From the sequence record NC_006883.2: a stretch of DNA of 64,000 bases; one strand, written 5' to 3'. The position numbers and the translations under genes are program-made. The notes beneath the pieces were generated by a model. The model saw only the letters and a program-made list of their open reading frames with translations, did not search any database and had not been told where the DNA came from. Positions 36,201 through 44,732 of this stretch are shown in pieces. Within the stretch, counting starts at the first letter, position 1. Each line of letters opens with the position of its first letter.

Positions 36201-37763
36201 GTTGATCCTGAAGGAAGTTTGTTTATAAAAGGTGCTGGTGCTAAACTTGCAATTAAAAAGATTAGTACAACTCTAGACACAGTACATCTAACAGATGTTC
36301 AAGGCGAAGTATTTAAGAATGGTGCTGCAATTATTCATTACGGTGCTAATAACGATACTAGAACTGCAGCATCAGGTGCATCTGTATCTCCATCCGATTC
36401 TGAAGTTCTTAGTGATCTTAATACTGGTAATGTTATTGAGGTTGTACAATATAACCACGGACATCATGGTGGAAATAATGCTGTTAAACTTCAAGGTCTT
36501 GAACCAGATTCTTTATCAACACAGACAACTGCAGAATTGAAGATAAGCGACACACTCGTGTCAGTTGCTTCAACTGCACCGTTTATTAATTTTGCTGGTA
36601 TTGCAACTGATAGAGGTGATGCTTTAATAGAAAGTGAAGTTGTTTCTTATGTTGTTGGAACGGGTCAGTTAACAATTGATAGTAGAGGACTTGGTGGTTC
36701 TACTGCTATAGGGCATAGTACAGGAGTTACTATTCAACCATATCAAATAAATGGATTCCCGTTAGTTGGTATTAACAGTACTATTAACATTCCTACTAAT
36801 ACAACTTTAAGGAACGAATCTAATATTGACAATTATTATTTGCAAATTGATAGGGGAAATGGTCCTAGAAGTGAAAATGTTGCTGATAATAAAGCATTAT
36901 TATGTTTTACTAGTGAAAAGGCTGTAGGTGGTAAAACTGCAAAGATATCTCAAAACCATCAATTTAGTAGTTTATCTCCACAATTTAATGTAATTACTCC
37001 TGGCAAAGAAACATTTGCTAATACTTCAGTTAGAACGGTTAGTGGAACTAGTGCTGGTGGAAGTGAAGTTTCGTTTATTGATCAAGGATTTGAACCAACT
37101 ATATTAAATGAAACTACATTCTTCCCAACACCAAGATTAGTAGCATCTAAAACTAATGAATCACTTAGATTAAGTACTTTACCTAAGAATAAGTCATTAG
37201 CATTAAAAGTTGATATGACTTCTAAAGATAAGAATTTATCTCCAGTTTTAGATTCAAAATATGCTACTTTTGTTTTAGGTAGAAATAAAATTAACAATCC
37301 AGTATCGGATTATGTTACTGATACAAGAAGTAAGTCATTAGAAAATGATCCACATGGTTCAATATTTGTATCTAAGAAAGTTTCTTTGAAACAACCTGCT
37401 ACATCACTTAAGGTATTTGTTGCTGCTAATGTTCAACCAGAAGCAGACTTTAGAATATTCTACAGACTATTCAGTGCAGATTCTAGTGAAGTTTCTCAAA
37501 CATATAGAGCCTTCCCTGGTTATAAGAACCTAATTGATACTGATGGTGATGGTTTTGGTGATGACATTATTGATCTTGGATTAAATGATGGCAGAGCAGA
37601 TTCTCAAGTGAAGAAAAATGGACAAAATGATTTTTCAGAATATCAGTTTACCATAAATGATTTGGAACAGTTTGATGGATTTACAGTTAAAATAGTGATG
37701 TCATCCACAAACGAATGTGTTCCTATTAGATTAAAAGACTTTAGAGCGATTGCATTAGCGTAA
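30243..37763 (+). CDS. Large virion structural protein (VrlC/DUF4815-like), 2506 aa
   Basis: N-terminal PYYDDFD...LFKPGFPVQARELT..QSILQ.Q; RFKTGF; DPLAQSF; position after gp8. Confidence 0.85.
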   Translation: MPQKTNLNISPYYDDFDKADNFYKILFKPGFPVQARELTSLQSILQNQVESFGSHIFKEGSMVIPGGVTYDSTYFSVKVNPDHLGIDVTIYLDALVNNNNGKGTKVRGQNSQIVGTIKNYILPPDEGVDDITLFVKYNESGVNSISEMFPSEEILTLEENITYGNTTLNAGETILTVLTEDPSNIGSAVGVDNGVYFIRGTFVDVNKDIIVLDPYSNKPSYRVGLEISETVINANDDSSLNDNAKGFTNYAAPGADRFKISVKLAKKALLDFEDTNFVELIRVRDGEIKKLQDTSVYSEIKKYFAKRTYDESGNYAVNPFRVNIQNSLNDEISSNGLYVEGQKTDQGNDPSEDTMCVKLSPGKAYVRGFDVTLPGTTVIDVDKPRDTKTIKTASVPFRMGSMLKVDNVEGTPWINVGGSTANIISLYSQRKTASANPTGGSGTKVGEARVYSFAVAGAEYSGDSTKWDLHLYDIQTFTVLQISNPGTNIQTTVPASSRVRGLSSGAIGYVSGHNPAELILSQTTGSFIQGEQLIFNEETKSSNSSVINVTAYTTDDIKSVHQDSNALNTSLVSDFTADAVLYDKVLPNFSLVDPLTVSGAANGNSGTAQSPRRRFAGQVGVKTDTVVGYSTDFGYQTYNTVTSISADGATLGLAPVANVDNVNSGEIIAGLTTSNIFRVKYPKILNLANSGLYSRLPKKNISSVDLSNSTLLINRQVTGKTTSAAGSLSFSSASALDVSSGISSAFFETFDEERYSIHYDNGTTETLSADQVSITNSGNDISFSGLTANTACTVNVTLKKVGVITKSKDFVRSSKVEITKQVGVSTNNGLTASNYYGLRVEDTDISLNVPDVVKIHAIYESKDTNIPSLDKLTFVSGLALDTNTVVGEKIVGKSSRAIGQVVNRVSATEIEYVYLNDNTFSKGEPITFKESNIETNLQGITNGNYTDRTSNYTLDKGHKKQYSDYSKIVRKKNSSPPTNRLLVIFDYYQTQSSESGDLFTANSYNKDRYTNDVPHISLDRGTDILDFRPRVNPFDPAVTTNKSPFDFSARTFESITKYVVAPNESSILGYTYYLPRIDKLVINKFEEVKLIKGVSADNPAPPTEVGPSMEVAQITLPPYLYDPVKGPKIRLYDNRRFTMRDIGKIEKRVANLEVMTSLTALELDTKSLQVTDADGLNRFKTGFVANDFKDRNFINFNRTQGSRCDVDVVNKELISAVDFWSLKADLAFDPSIDANAVDRNANLKLLDENCQKTGDLITLKYTEVASELKNLQATQVENINPFNVIVFAGQIILDPPSDNWTRTIYIDDYRTESSGATWAEQANIVSDNTTTQTDVDVTVTEVDPGADDPDRHGAFDGNHIDTTTTTTTTTTHTVETSFTNTIEPLREFDYVESVKISGATDPFMRSRNVAFNGNGLKPFTKHYHYLDSGIPDVFPKVIEIEMSSGTFTVYENASIFKNGKEIGKVRVMAPEHKFGDANPIVVPLGTPSGINVKNGSVEKYQVDIFDRTRPAPSDAYSSTSKLFNADVSALSNDESYYGYVTEGCVIVGESSGASAKVTNSSLMSDNWGDILGAFFFRNANATPQPPTLFYSGTKTFKLTATTPGTVTLPGSTALASDATGTYHATGTILTQQTSTVGVRNPPEPPQRPNETSTTTQVNSTSETVRVEAPYRDPLAQSFRVDDKGMFLTSIDVYFGSKDPNAKVYCEIRDVELGTPTNFLVQDYAQIPGGINPNDIETSIDASIATNIKFPSPIFLEGGKEYAVVFLSPASDLYEMWVSTMGQKTVKTANLPDVEAVVHTKQYIGGSLFKSQNGTIWTASQYQDLTFQLYKAEFVPSGTVTFYNSPVEPGNENTQILPTNPIRTLPRKLKVKVAGLAASDAPVGRKLSTGLPADTEDGSITGVVENVFAPIDTSVQPEIVSGGSGYSFVGQDNSTPSAPTIGGVALKSTTSDGSGTEGDLVMDASGAITSITNITAGSRFAVGDIITVDPEGSLFIKGAGAKLAIKKISTTLDTVHLTDVQGEVFKNGAAIIHYGANNDTRTAASGASVSPSDSEVLSDLNTGNVIEVVQYNHGHHGGNNAVKLQGLEPDSLSTQTTAELKISDTLVSVASTAPFINFAGIATDRGDALIESEVVSYVVGTGQLTIDSRGLGGSTAIGHSTGVTIQPYQINGFPLVGINSTINIPTNTTLRNESNIDNYYLQIDRGNGPRSENVADNKALLCFTSEKAVGGKTAKISQNHQFSSLSPQFNVITPGKETFANTSVRTVSGTSAGGSEVSFIDQGFEPTILNETTFFPTPRLVASKTNESLRLSTLPKNKSLALKVDMTSKDKNLSPVLDSKYATFVLGRNKINNPVSDYVTDTRSKSLENDPHGSIFVSKKVSLKQPATSLKVFVAANVQPEADFRIFYRLFSADSSEVSQTYRAFPGYKNLIDTDGDGFGDDIIDLGLNDGRADSQVKKNGQNDFSEYQFTINDLEQFDGFTVKIVMSSTNECVPIRLKDFRAIALA

Positions 37764-38272
37764 TGAGAACTTTTCAAGAATTTCTACAATTATGTGAAGG
37801 TGGTCTAGCAAGACAATTGAGTAATGCTAGAACTAAAGATACTGGTCACATCTCTGCGGATCGTGGTGATGATGAGGATGAAAATCGTAAAAAGAGAAGA
37901 AGACTTGAAGGTAAGTTGGAGAAAAAAGGTATCGGTTATCGTAAAACAACTGGTAGATATCAATATGATGATGGAGTTGAGGGTAAAGAAGTATCTTATT
38001 CTGTTACCAAACCTAAAAATATGTCAAGACGTAAGTTTGGCAAAACTATAAGAAGACTTGGTCGTGAAGAAGATCAGGAATCTGTGATCACTAAGAAACC
38101 AGGTAAAAAGGCAACTTTACATTATACTGATAAGAGTAAGAAGAAATCTGAAGGATTAGGAAAGGAAAAACCAGGTCCACATCCACAAAAGTATGGAGAA
38201 ACTGGCGAGAAACGTCAGAGAGGGGATAAGTTGAAGGATAAAAAAGACGATAGGAGTATGCACTACGCATGA
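37763..38272 (+). CDS. Basic protein with capsid-targeting-like N-terminus (MRTFQEFLQLCE), 169 aa
   Basis: N-terminus resembles T4 IP CTS; core ISA.RG...GY...G...E.SY...F...LG...QESV. Confidence 0.7.
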   Translation: MRTFQEFLQLCEGGLARQLSNARTKDTGHISADRGDDEDENRKKRRRLEGKLEKKGIGYRKTTGRYQYDDGVEGKEVSYSVTKPKNMSRRKFGKTIRRLGREEDQESVITKKPGKKATLHYTDKSKKKSEGLGKEKPGPHPQKYGETGEKRQRGDKLKDKKDDRSMHYA

Positions 38273-38529
38273 AGTCATTCAAACAATTTTTAGAAGAAGC
38301 ATATAATAAGGTTATAAACCTTAAGGATGCTGGTTGGGGAAGACCACATAAACAATATACGAAAGATGGGAAAACTCGTTATGGACCTACAGGAAATAGA
38401 TTGTTTCGGTTACAGGCAAAACAATCTAAAGATGATAAGATAGATGCTTTATATAAGGATATTAATAATCCTAAAAAACCATCTGAAAAAGATTTAATTA
38501 ACGGAACTATACCAGTTAAAAAAGCATGA
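38269..38529 (+). CDS. Basic protein with CTS-like N-terminus (MKSFKQFLEEA), 86 aa
   Basis: ATGA coupling; N-terminal motif. Confidence 0.7.
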   Translation: MKSFKQFLEEAYNKVINLKDAGWGRPHKQYTKDGKTRYGPTGNRLFRLQAKQSKDDKIDALYKDINNPKKPSEKDLINGTIPVKKA

Positions 38530-38729
38530 TACCAGTTGAAGGACATAAAAACCTGTTTCGTGATCCAGAAACAGGTGCGATTTTAAATTACGATACCAAT
38601 TCATATTCTCAACATATTTCTAAAAGAAATAAAAAACTTGATGAGAAAGCAGAACTAGATGAGATGAAAAAGGATATTGATGAGATTAAATCTTTACTTA
38701 AAGAGTTAGCTAATCGTAAACATAAATAA
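38526..38729 (+). CDS. Small coiled-coil protein (LFRDPETGAILN), 67 aa
   Basis: ATGA coupling; heptad C-terminus. Confidence 0.8.
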   Translation: MIPVEGHKNLFRDPETGAILNYDTNSYSQHISKRNKKLDEKAELDEMKKDIDEIKSLLKELANRKHK

Positions 38730-38757
38730 TAGATAGATTCTTGAATTGCTTACATAA

Positions 38758-38985
38758 ATGGCAGACATAAAGGTCAGAGTCGGGCAAAAAAACGCTGTTA
38801 AGGTTATTTCTTCACTTGCTGGAGCCCAAGGTCTTTCCTTAGCTGAACTCAGCGATGTAAATGCTGCGAACCTACTTAATGGAATGATGTTGGTATATAA
38901 TGGAGCAACTCAAAAGTGGGACGCTACACTAACCATAACACCTGGCTCAGAAGCAAATTTAGACATTAACGGGGGAAATTTTTAA
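38758..38985 (+). CDS. Small virion/fibre-associated protein, 75 aa, ending INGGNF
   Basis: Late-like CATAAATA at 38721-38728; LAELSDV fibre-type motif. Confidence 0.75.
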   Translation: MADIKVRVGQKNAVKVISSLAGAQGLSLAELSDVNAANLLNGMMLVYNGATQKWDATLTITPGSEANLDINGGNF

Positions 38986-40569
38986 ATGGCTAGCATTATT
39001 AGGATCAAACGATCCTCTGGTACTAACAAACCTGCCAGCCTAAATTGGGGAGAAATGGGCTATGTAACTGGTATCGGCAGTTACGGTGGAGTAAATCAAT
39101 ATAAAGATAGAATATTTGTCGGTGATGATGGAAGTAATGTTTTCTCAGTAGGGGGACATTATTATACTTCTATGATGGATCATCAACCAGGATCCATTGC
39201 TGGTGTTACAAATACAAGAAATAGTGATGGTGGTATAGTTGCTGTTCTTGATGATAATAGAAAAGTTGATCAGTGGAATGTAGATAATCTTAGAATGGAT
39301 GGTAATACTTTATCATCCACAAACACAGATGGAGATGTTATATTTGCAACTGATGGAACGGGTGAATTTGCTGTTAGTGATGATACAGCATTCTCATTTG
39401 GTTCTGATAAGGATGTTAAATTTGAGTATGATGAAGATGGTAATGATGAATTAGTAGTATCCAGTCTTACTGGTAAGCAAGTTAAGTTTACTACCCCATT
39501 AAATGTTCAAACTTCATCATATTTTGGTAAAGTTAAGATTGAAGATAACGTTATATCTTCGGTTAGTGGTAGTGGAGATAAACTCTTTATTGACCCATTC
39601 CCCGATGGATTAAGTAATGAAGGTGATGTTATCATCAAAGGTAACTTACAAATTGATGGTACAACAACTTCAGTTAACTCAACTGCCGTAACAGTTAATG
39701 ACCCAATATTTGTTATTGGTGATGTTACCAGTTCTAGGGTAGTTACTGCTCCAGCTACAACTGGTGTTAGTACAATTACAATTGATTCTGTTGTTGGTAT
39801 TAATACTGGTGATATTGTAAGTGGTCATACATCACTTCCAAACTCTGGATTAACAACAGTTACTGAAGTTAATACTACAAATAAAGTTATTACTATTCAG
39901 GGAAGTACTTCTGCTGGTATTACAACAACTTCAGAATTAACAATTACTCATGCTTACGATACTAATACAGATCGTGGTATAGCATTTAAGTATAATACTG
40001 GTATTGGAACTGCAAATAACAAAACTGGTTACTTTGGTTATGTAGATGCTGATTCAAATACAGGAAGTAATGCTCCTGCAAGATCTTGGACTTATGTACC
40101 AGATGCAAGTACGGCAAGTAATACTGTATCTGGAACAAGAGGTTTCTTAGATATCAAAGGTATCTACTATCAGACTGCTGATTACAATGCTAATGGTGCA
40201 GTTTACTTTGATGAGAATGGTTTACAGACCTCAACAAATAATCCAGCTGCTCCTATATTAACATCTAAGCAGATATTAACTGCTGTTACTAAGAATACTC
40301 TTGCATTACCAAGTAATGTAACCCTTTCTATTGGTGATGTTGTTAGACAAGATACTAGTAATGCTTATGGTGTTGTTGAGAGTGCAGTAAGTAACTCAAA
40401 TTCAGTTGATGTAGTTGGTGTTGAGGGAACTTTCACTAATACTTACAATATTAGAAGAGAGGGGCAAAATGGTACAGTTGAAAATCTATCAGTAATACCT
40501 TCTACAGTTTCCGTGATATATACTAATAAGCCTCACTGGTCTTCTACACTTGATGGGGGTACTTTCTAA
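38986..40569 (+). CDS. Tail fibre / baseplate fibre-like protein, 527 aa
   Basis: N-terminal IRIKRS..T..P..L..GE motif; beta-rich; ends LDGGTF. Confidence 0.75.
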   Translation: MASIIRIKRSSGTNKPASLNWGEMGYVTGIGSYGGVNQYKDRIFVGDDGSNVFSVGGHYYTSMMDHQPGSIAGVTNTRNSDGGIVAVLDDNRKVDQWNVDNLRMDGNTLSSTNTDGDVIFATDGTGEFAVSDDTAFSFGSDKDVKFEYDEDGNDELVVSSLTGKQVKFTTPLNVQTSSYFGKVKIEDNVISSVSGSGDKLFIDPFPDGLSNEGDVIIKGNLQIDGTTTSVNSTAVTVNDPIFVIGDVTSSRVVTAPATTGVSTITIDSVVGINTGDIVSGHTSLPNSGLTTVTEVNTTNKVITIQGSTSAGITTTSELTITHAYDTNTDRGIAFKYNTGIGTANNKTGYFGYVDADSNTGSNAPARSWTYVPDASTASNTVSGTRGFLDIKGIYYQTADYNANGAVYFDENGLQTSTNNPAAPILTSKQILTAVTKNTLALPSNVTLSIGDVVRQDTSNAYGVVESAVSNSNSVDVVGVEGTFTNTYNIRREGQNGTVENLSVIPSTVSVIYTNKPHWSSTLDGGTF

Positions 40570-40581
40570 CCTTAAAATATT

Positions 40582-40800
40582 ATGCAACAACAAAATAATG
40601 GTGACGTTGATGTTAATGTTCTTGTAAGTTTATATAATGGTAAATTGGCACAATCATTAAATCAAAATGTACTTTTGGAAGCAAAGTTACAAACTTTAAA
40701 AAATGATTTTGAAGAGGAAGAAAAAAATCTTCAACAAGAAATAATTTCTTTACAAGAAGAAATACAAAAATTGAAAAAGACCAAGAAAACTGATACTTAG
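40582..40800 (+). CDS. Small coiled-coil protein (possible fibre chaperone), 72 aa
   Basis: Heptad-rich; directly after the fibre gene. Confidence 0.7.
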   Translation: MQQQNNGDVDVNVLVSLYNGKLAQSLNQNVLLEAKLQTLKNDFEEEEKNLQQEIISLQEEIQKLKKTKKTDT

Positions 40801-40805
40801 GGGAT

Positions 40806-41651
40806 ATGGCAAAACCAGCAAGTAGACAACAACTTATAGATTACTGCTTACGGAAGCTGGGTGCTCCTGTATTGGAGATTAACCTTGATGATGACCAAAT
40901 AGATGATTCTGTTGATGATGCCATTCAACTCTTTAATGAACGCCATTTCGATGGTGTTGAGAGGATGTTTCTTAAGTATAAGATTACTCAAGCAGATTTA
41001 GATAGGGGTAGAGCAAAAGGTACAGATGGAGTTGGTATTGTAACTACAACTGCTACTTCCACAAATATAGCAGGTTATGGAACTACAACAAGTAGTTGGT
41101 ATGAGACTTCTAATTTCTTACAGGTTCCAGATTCTGTAGTTGGTATAGAAAAGATTTTTAAATTTGATACTAGTACAATATCAGGTGGTATGTTTAGTAT
41201 TAAATATCAGTTATTTTTGAATGATCTTTATAATTTTAATTCTGTAGAATTACTTCAATATTCTATGGTTAAGTCATATTTGGAAGATATTGACTTTTTA
41301 TTAACAACAGATAAGCAAGTAAGATTTAATAAGAGACAAGATAGATTATATTTGGATATAGATTGGGGTGCAGAATCTCTTGATAATTTCTTAGTTCTTG
41401 ATTGTTATAGGGCATTAGATCCAACATCATTTACTCAAGTATATAATGACCCTTTTCTCAAATTGTATCTCACAGCTCTTATGAAGAGACAGTGGGGACA
41501 GAATTTAATCAAATTTCGTGGAGTTAAGTTACCAGGTGGTATAGAACTTAATGGTAGAGAGATTTTTGATGATGCTGAAAGAGATATAGAATCTCTAAGA
41601 TCAAGGATGGCATCTGAATACGAATTACCTCCTTATGATTTTGTGGGTTAA
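40806..41651 (+). CDS. gp13: Neck protein gp13
   Basis: LIDYCLRKLGAPVLEIN; WGQNLIKF.GV.LPGG..LNG. Confidence 0.95.
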   Translation: MAKPASRQQLIDYCLRKLGAPVLEINLDDDQIDDSVDDAIQLFNERHFDGVERMFLKYKITQADLDRGRAKGTDGVGIVTTTATSTNIAGYGTTTSSWYETSNFLQVPDSVVGIEKIFKFDTSTISGGMFSIKYQLFLNDLYNFNSVELLQYSMVKSYLEDIDFLLTTDKQVRFNKRQDRLYLDIDWGAESLDNFLVLDCYRALDPTSFTQVYNDPFLKLYLTALMKRQWGQNLIKFRGVKLPGGIELNGREIFDDAERDIESLRSRMASEYELPPYDFVG

Positions 41652-41657
41652 TAACAC

Positions 41658-43070
41658 ATGGCACTTAATCCATTTTTCCTACAAGGAACATCTTCAGAGC
41701 AAAGATTAACACAGGATCTCATAAACGAGCATCTAAAAATTTACGGTGTTGAAGTAACTTATATTCCAAGAAAATATGTAAATACAAAATCAATTATAGA
41801 AGAGGTTCAATCTTCTAAATTTGATGATAATTTTGCTATAGAAGCATATGTTAACACATATGAAGGATATGGTGGGCAAGGAGATGTATTGACTAAATTT
41901 GGAATGAGTATAAGAGATGAAGTTACTCTTACTATTTCAAAAGAAAGATTTGAAGATTTCATAGCACCATTTATGGCAGGATTGGATGATGGTCCTGGTG
42001 GAAATGAAGAAGTTATACTTGCTACTAGACCAAGAGAGGGAGATTTAGTATTTTTCCCACTCGGATCAAGGTTATTTGAAGTTAAATTTGTAGAACATGA
42101 AGATCCATTCTATCAGTTAGGTAAGAACTACGTTTATCAACTTAAATGTGAGCTCTTTGAATATGAAGATGAAGTTATTGATACTTCTATTGATGCTATA
42201 GATACAGTTGTTCAAGATGATGGTTATATATCTAAACTACAATTGGTTGGTATTGGTAGAACTGCTGAAGTAGCAGCATCTATTGGTGTTGGATATGTTA
42301 GAGAAATATTCCTTAATAATGATGGATCAGGATTCACTTCTCCACCAACAATAACATTCTCAGCTTCTCCAGCATTTACAGATGCAAGAGCAGTTGGTAT
42401 TTTGACAACTAGAGCAAATGTTACTTCTATTGAAAAGATTTTAATGACTAGTGCTGGTGCTGGTTATATTACCCCACCAACTATTACTATTTCTGGTGGT
42501 GGTGGAACTGGTGCTGCTGCAACTTGTTCTATCGAAACTGTTTATCAAGGTGTTGTTAACTTTAACGTTGTTGATGGTGGTGTTGGATATGGAACAGAAC
42601 CTTCAATAGCGGTTACTCAACCTGGTGCTGGAACAACTGCTGTTGGAATAGCATCTATAGGTATGGCAGGATCTGATCAAGTTCTTAAATCAGTTTATAT
42701 TGGTAATCCAGGTCGTGGATATACCGCAACTCCAAATGTAATTGTTGCTGATCCCCCTTCTATGTCTGGTATTGGAACGTTTACTTTTAATGAAGTTATA
42801 AAAGGGTCTAGATCTGGTACAGAAGCAAGAGTTAAATCTTGGGATGATGATACTAAGATATTACTTGTAAGTAATGTTGGTATTGGATCAACTGTATCTG
42901 GTTTCTATACTGGTGAGAGTATTGTAGGGCAAGAATCTGGTGCATCATACGCACTTGGATCTTACAATTCTGATGATGCTAATGATAAATATAATGATGG
43001 TGATGAATTTGAATTTAACGCAGATCAAATCCTAGACTTCACTGAATCAAATCCCTTTGGTAATTTCTAA
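41658..43070 (+). CDS. gp14: Neck protein gp14 with internal Gly-rich insert
   Basis: NPFF, YIPR, RPREGDL, FEVKFVEHE.PFYQLG; ends NPFG. Confidence 0.93.
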   Translation: MALNPFFLQGTSSEQRLTQDLINEHLKIYGVEVTYIPRKYVNTKSIIEEVQSSKFDDNFAIEAYVNTYEGYGGQGDVLTKFGMSIRDEVTLTISKERFEDFIAPFMAGLDDGPGGNEEVILATRPREGDLVFFPLGSRLFEVKFVEHEDPFYQLGKNYVYQLKCELFEYEDEVIDTSIDAIDTVVQDDGYISKLQLVGIGRTAEVAASIGVGYVREIFLNNDGSGFTSPPTITFSASPAFTDARAVGILTTRANVTSIEKILMTSAGAGYITPPTITISGGGGTGAAATCSIETVYQGVVNFNVVDGGVGYGTEPSIAVTQPGAGTTAVGIASIGMAGSDQVLKSVYIGNPGRGYTATPNVIVADPPSMSGIGTFTFNEVIKGSRSGTEARVKSWDDDTKILLVSNVGIGSTVSGFYTGESIVGQESGASYALGSYNSDDANDKYNDGDEFEFNADQILDFTESNPFGNF

Positions 43071-43912
43071 TGTTAGGAACCTATTTTTATCACGAGATAA
43101 TACGAAAAACTGTTATCGCTTTTGGAACTCTTTTTAATGAGGTTCATGTTAGACATCAAGATGCTGCAGGAAAAGATATTAGTGATATTAAAGTACCAAT
43201 TTCATATGGTCCTAAACAGAAGTTTTTAGCAAGAATTCAGCAACAACCAGATTTAAATAAGGCAGTTCAAATAACATTACCTAGAATGTCATTTGAAGTT
43301 AGTAATATTCAATACGATCCATCTAGGAAAGCAGGTATTACTCAAACTTTTAAGGCACAAGAAGGTGCTAAGTTAAAGAAGGTTTTTATGCCAGTTCCAT
43401 ATAATTTGGGATTTGAATTGAATATTCTTACAAAACTCCAAGATGATTCTATGCAGATCTTGGAACAGATTTTACCATTCTTTCAACCAGGTTTTACATT
43501 AACAATCGATTTAGCAAAATCTATTGGAGAAAAAAGAGATGTTCCTATGGTGCTTGATAGTATTACATTTAGTGACGATTATGAAGGTAATTTTGAAACC
43601 AGAAGAGCATTAATTTATACATTAAACTTTACCGCTAAGACCTATATGTTTGGTCCTATTGCAGATTCTACAGAGGGTCTTATTCGTAAGGTTCAAGTTG
43701 ATTACTATTCTGATAGTAATACACAAACCGCAAAACGTGAACAAAGATACACTGTAAAAGCAACAGCGAAGAAAGATTATAATGAAGATAGTGTTATTGA
43801 TCAGTATGATGATCCATTAATCCCACCAGGTGACGATTTTGGATTTACAGAAACTTCGACTTTCTATGGTGATGGAAAAGAATTTAGTCCAACTAGAAAG
43901 GTAGATCTTTAA
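43070..43912 (+). CDS. gp15: Tail sheath stabilizer/terminator gp15
   Basis: YFYHE.IRK...FGTLFN; VP..YGPKQKFLAR; LPRMSFE. Confidence 0.95.
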   Translation: MLGTYFYHEIIRKTVIAFGTLFNEVHVRHQDAAGKDISDIKVPISYGPKQKFLARIQQQPDLNKAVQITLPRMSFEVSNIQYDPSRKAGITQTFKAQEGAKLKKVFMPVPYNLGFELNILTKLQDDSMQILEQILPFFQPGFTLTIDLAKSIGEKRDVPMVLDSITFSDDYEGNFETRRALIYTLNFTAKTYMFGPIADSTEGLIRKVQVDYYSDSNTQTAKREQRYTVKATAKKDYNEDSVIDQYDDPLIPPGDDFGFTETSTFYGDGKEFSPTRKVDL

Positions 43913-44728
43913 ATGGCAAACAAATCAGGCGATAGTTCGTTACACGATTGGTTTAATAAATCTAAGTCTTCTGATGGTAAGAAGGGTTGGGTTCAATTAG
44001 GTGGTAAGTATGCTGGTAAACCTTGTGCCAAGCAACCAGGTCAAAAAACTAAACCTAAGTGTGGTTCCAGTAAAATGAAACGGAATCTAAATAAGGACGA
44101 GGAAGCAGCAGCTTTTAGACGTAAAAATAAAAAGGATCCAAATCCAAATAGAAAAGGAAAGGCGATTAACGTGGCTACCGAAGAAACTATTGATCAACTG
44201 TTTAGAAGAACCTTTAAGGAGAAGTGTTGGGATGGATACACTCAAAAAGGTATGAAAAAGAAAGGGGATAAAGTTGTTCCTAATTGTGTCAAGGAAGAAG
44301 ATAGTGTAGTTGAAGAAGGTAAGAAAGATGCTTGTTATAAGAAAGTAAAATCAAGGTATTCTGTTTGGCCAAGTGCATATGCTTCTGGTGCTCTTGTTAA
44401 GTGTCGTAAAGTAGGTGCTGCTAATTGGGGCAATAAGAAAGAAAGTTATTCATGGAGAGATGATTTTGAATTTGTTAATGAAGGTGCTGCTTGGACAAAA
44501 AAATCTGGTAAAAACAAAGAAGGTGGTTTAAATGAAAAAGGAAGAAAAAGTTACGAAAGAGAGAATCCAGGCAGTGACCTTAAAGCTCCTTCAAAGAAAG
44601 TTGGGAACCCTCGTAGAAAGAGCTTTTGTGCGAGGATGAAAGGTATGAAGAAGAAACTTACTTCTGCCAAAACCGCAAGGGATCCCGATTCAAGAATTAA
44701 TAAGTCCTTAAGGGCTTGGAATTGTTAA
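43913..44728 (+). CDS. Modular basic Cys/Trp-rich protein (candidate internal-head polyprotein), 271 aa
   Basis: Four basic modules separated by Glu-containing linkers. Confidence 0.7.
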   Translation: MANKSGDSSLHDWFNKSKSSDGKKGWVQLGGKYAGKPCAKQPGQKTKPKCGSSKMKRNLNKDEEAAAFRRKNKKDPNPNRKGKAINVATEETIDQLFRRTFKEKCWDGYTQKGMKKKGDKVVPNCVKEEDSVVEEGKKDACYKKVKSRYSVWPSAYASGALVKCRKVGAANWGNKKESYSWRDDFEFVNEGAAWTKKSGKNKEGGLNEKGRKSYERENPGSDLKAPSKKVGNPRRKSFCARMKGMKKKLTSAKTARDPDSRINKSLRAWNC

Positions 44729-44732
44729 AACT

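Noticed and set aside
11762-37297. Numerous 60-160 aa alternative-frame and antisense ORFs inside gp6, gp7 and the VrlC-like gene
   Set aside because: Expected from the codon bias of long AT-rich genes; fully nested and lacking translation signals
38986-40569. Diversity-generating retroelement target (Mtd-like N-terminus)
   Set aside because: No reverse transcriptase and no template/variable repeat pair seen in the window
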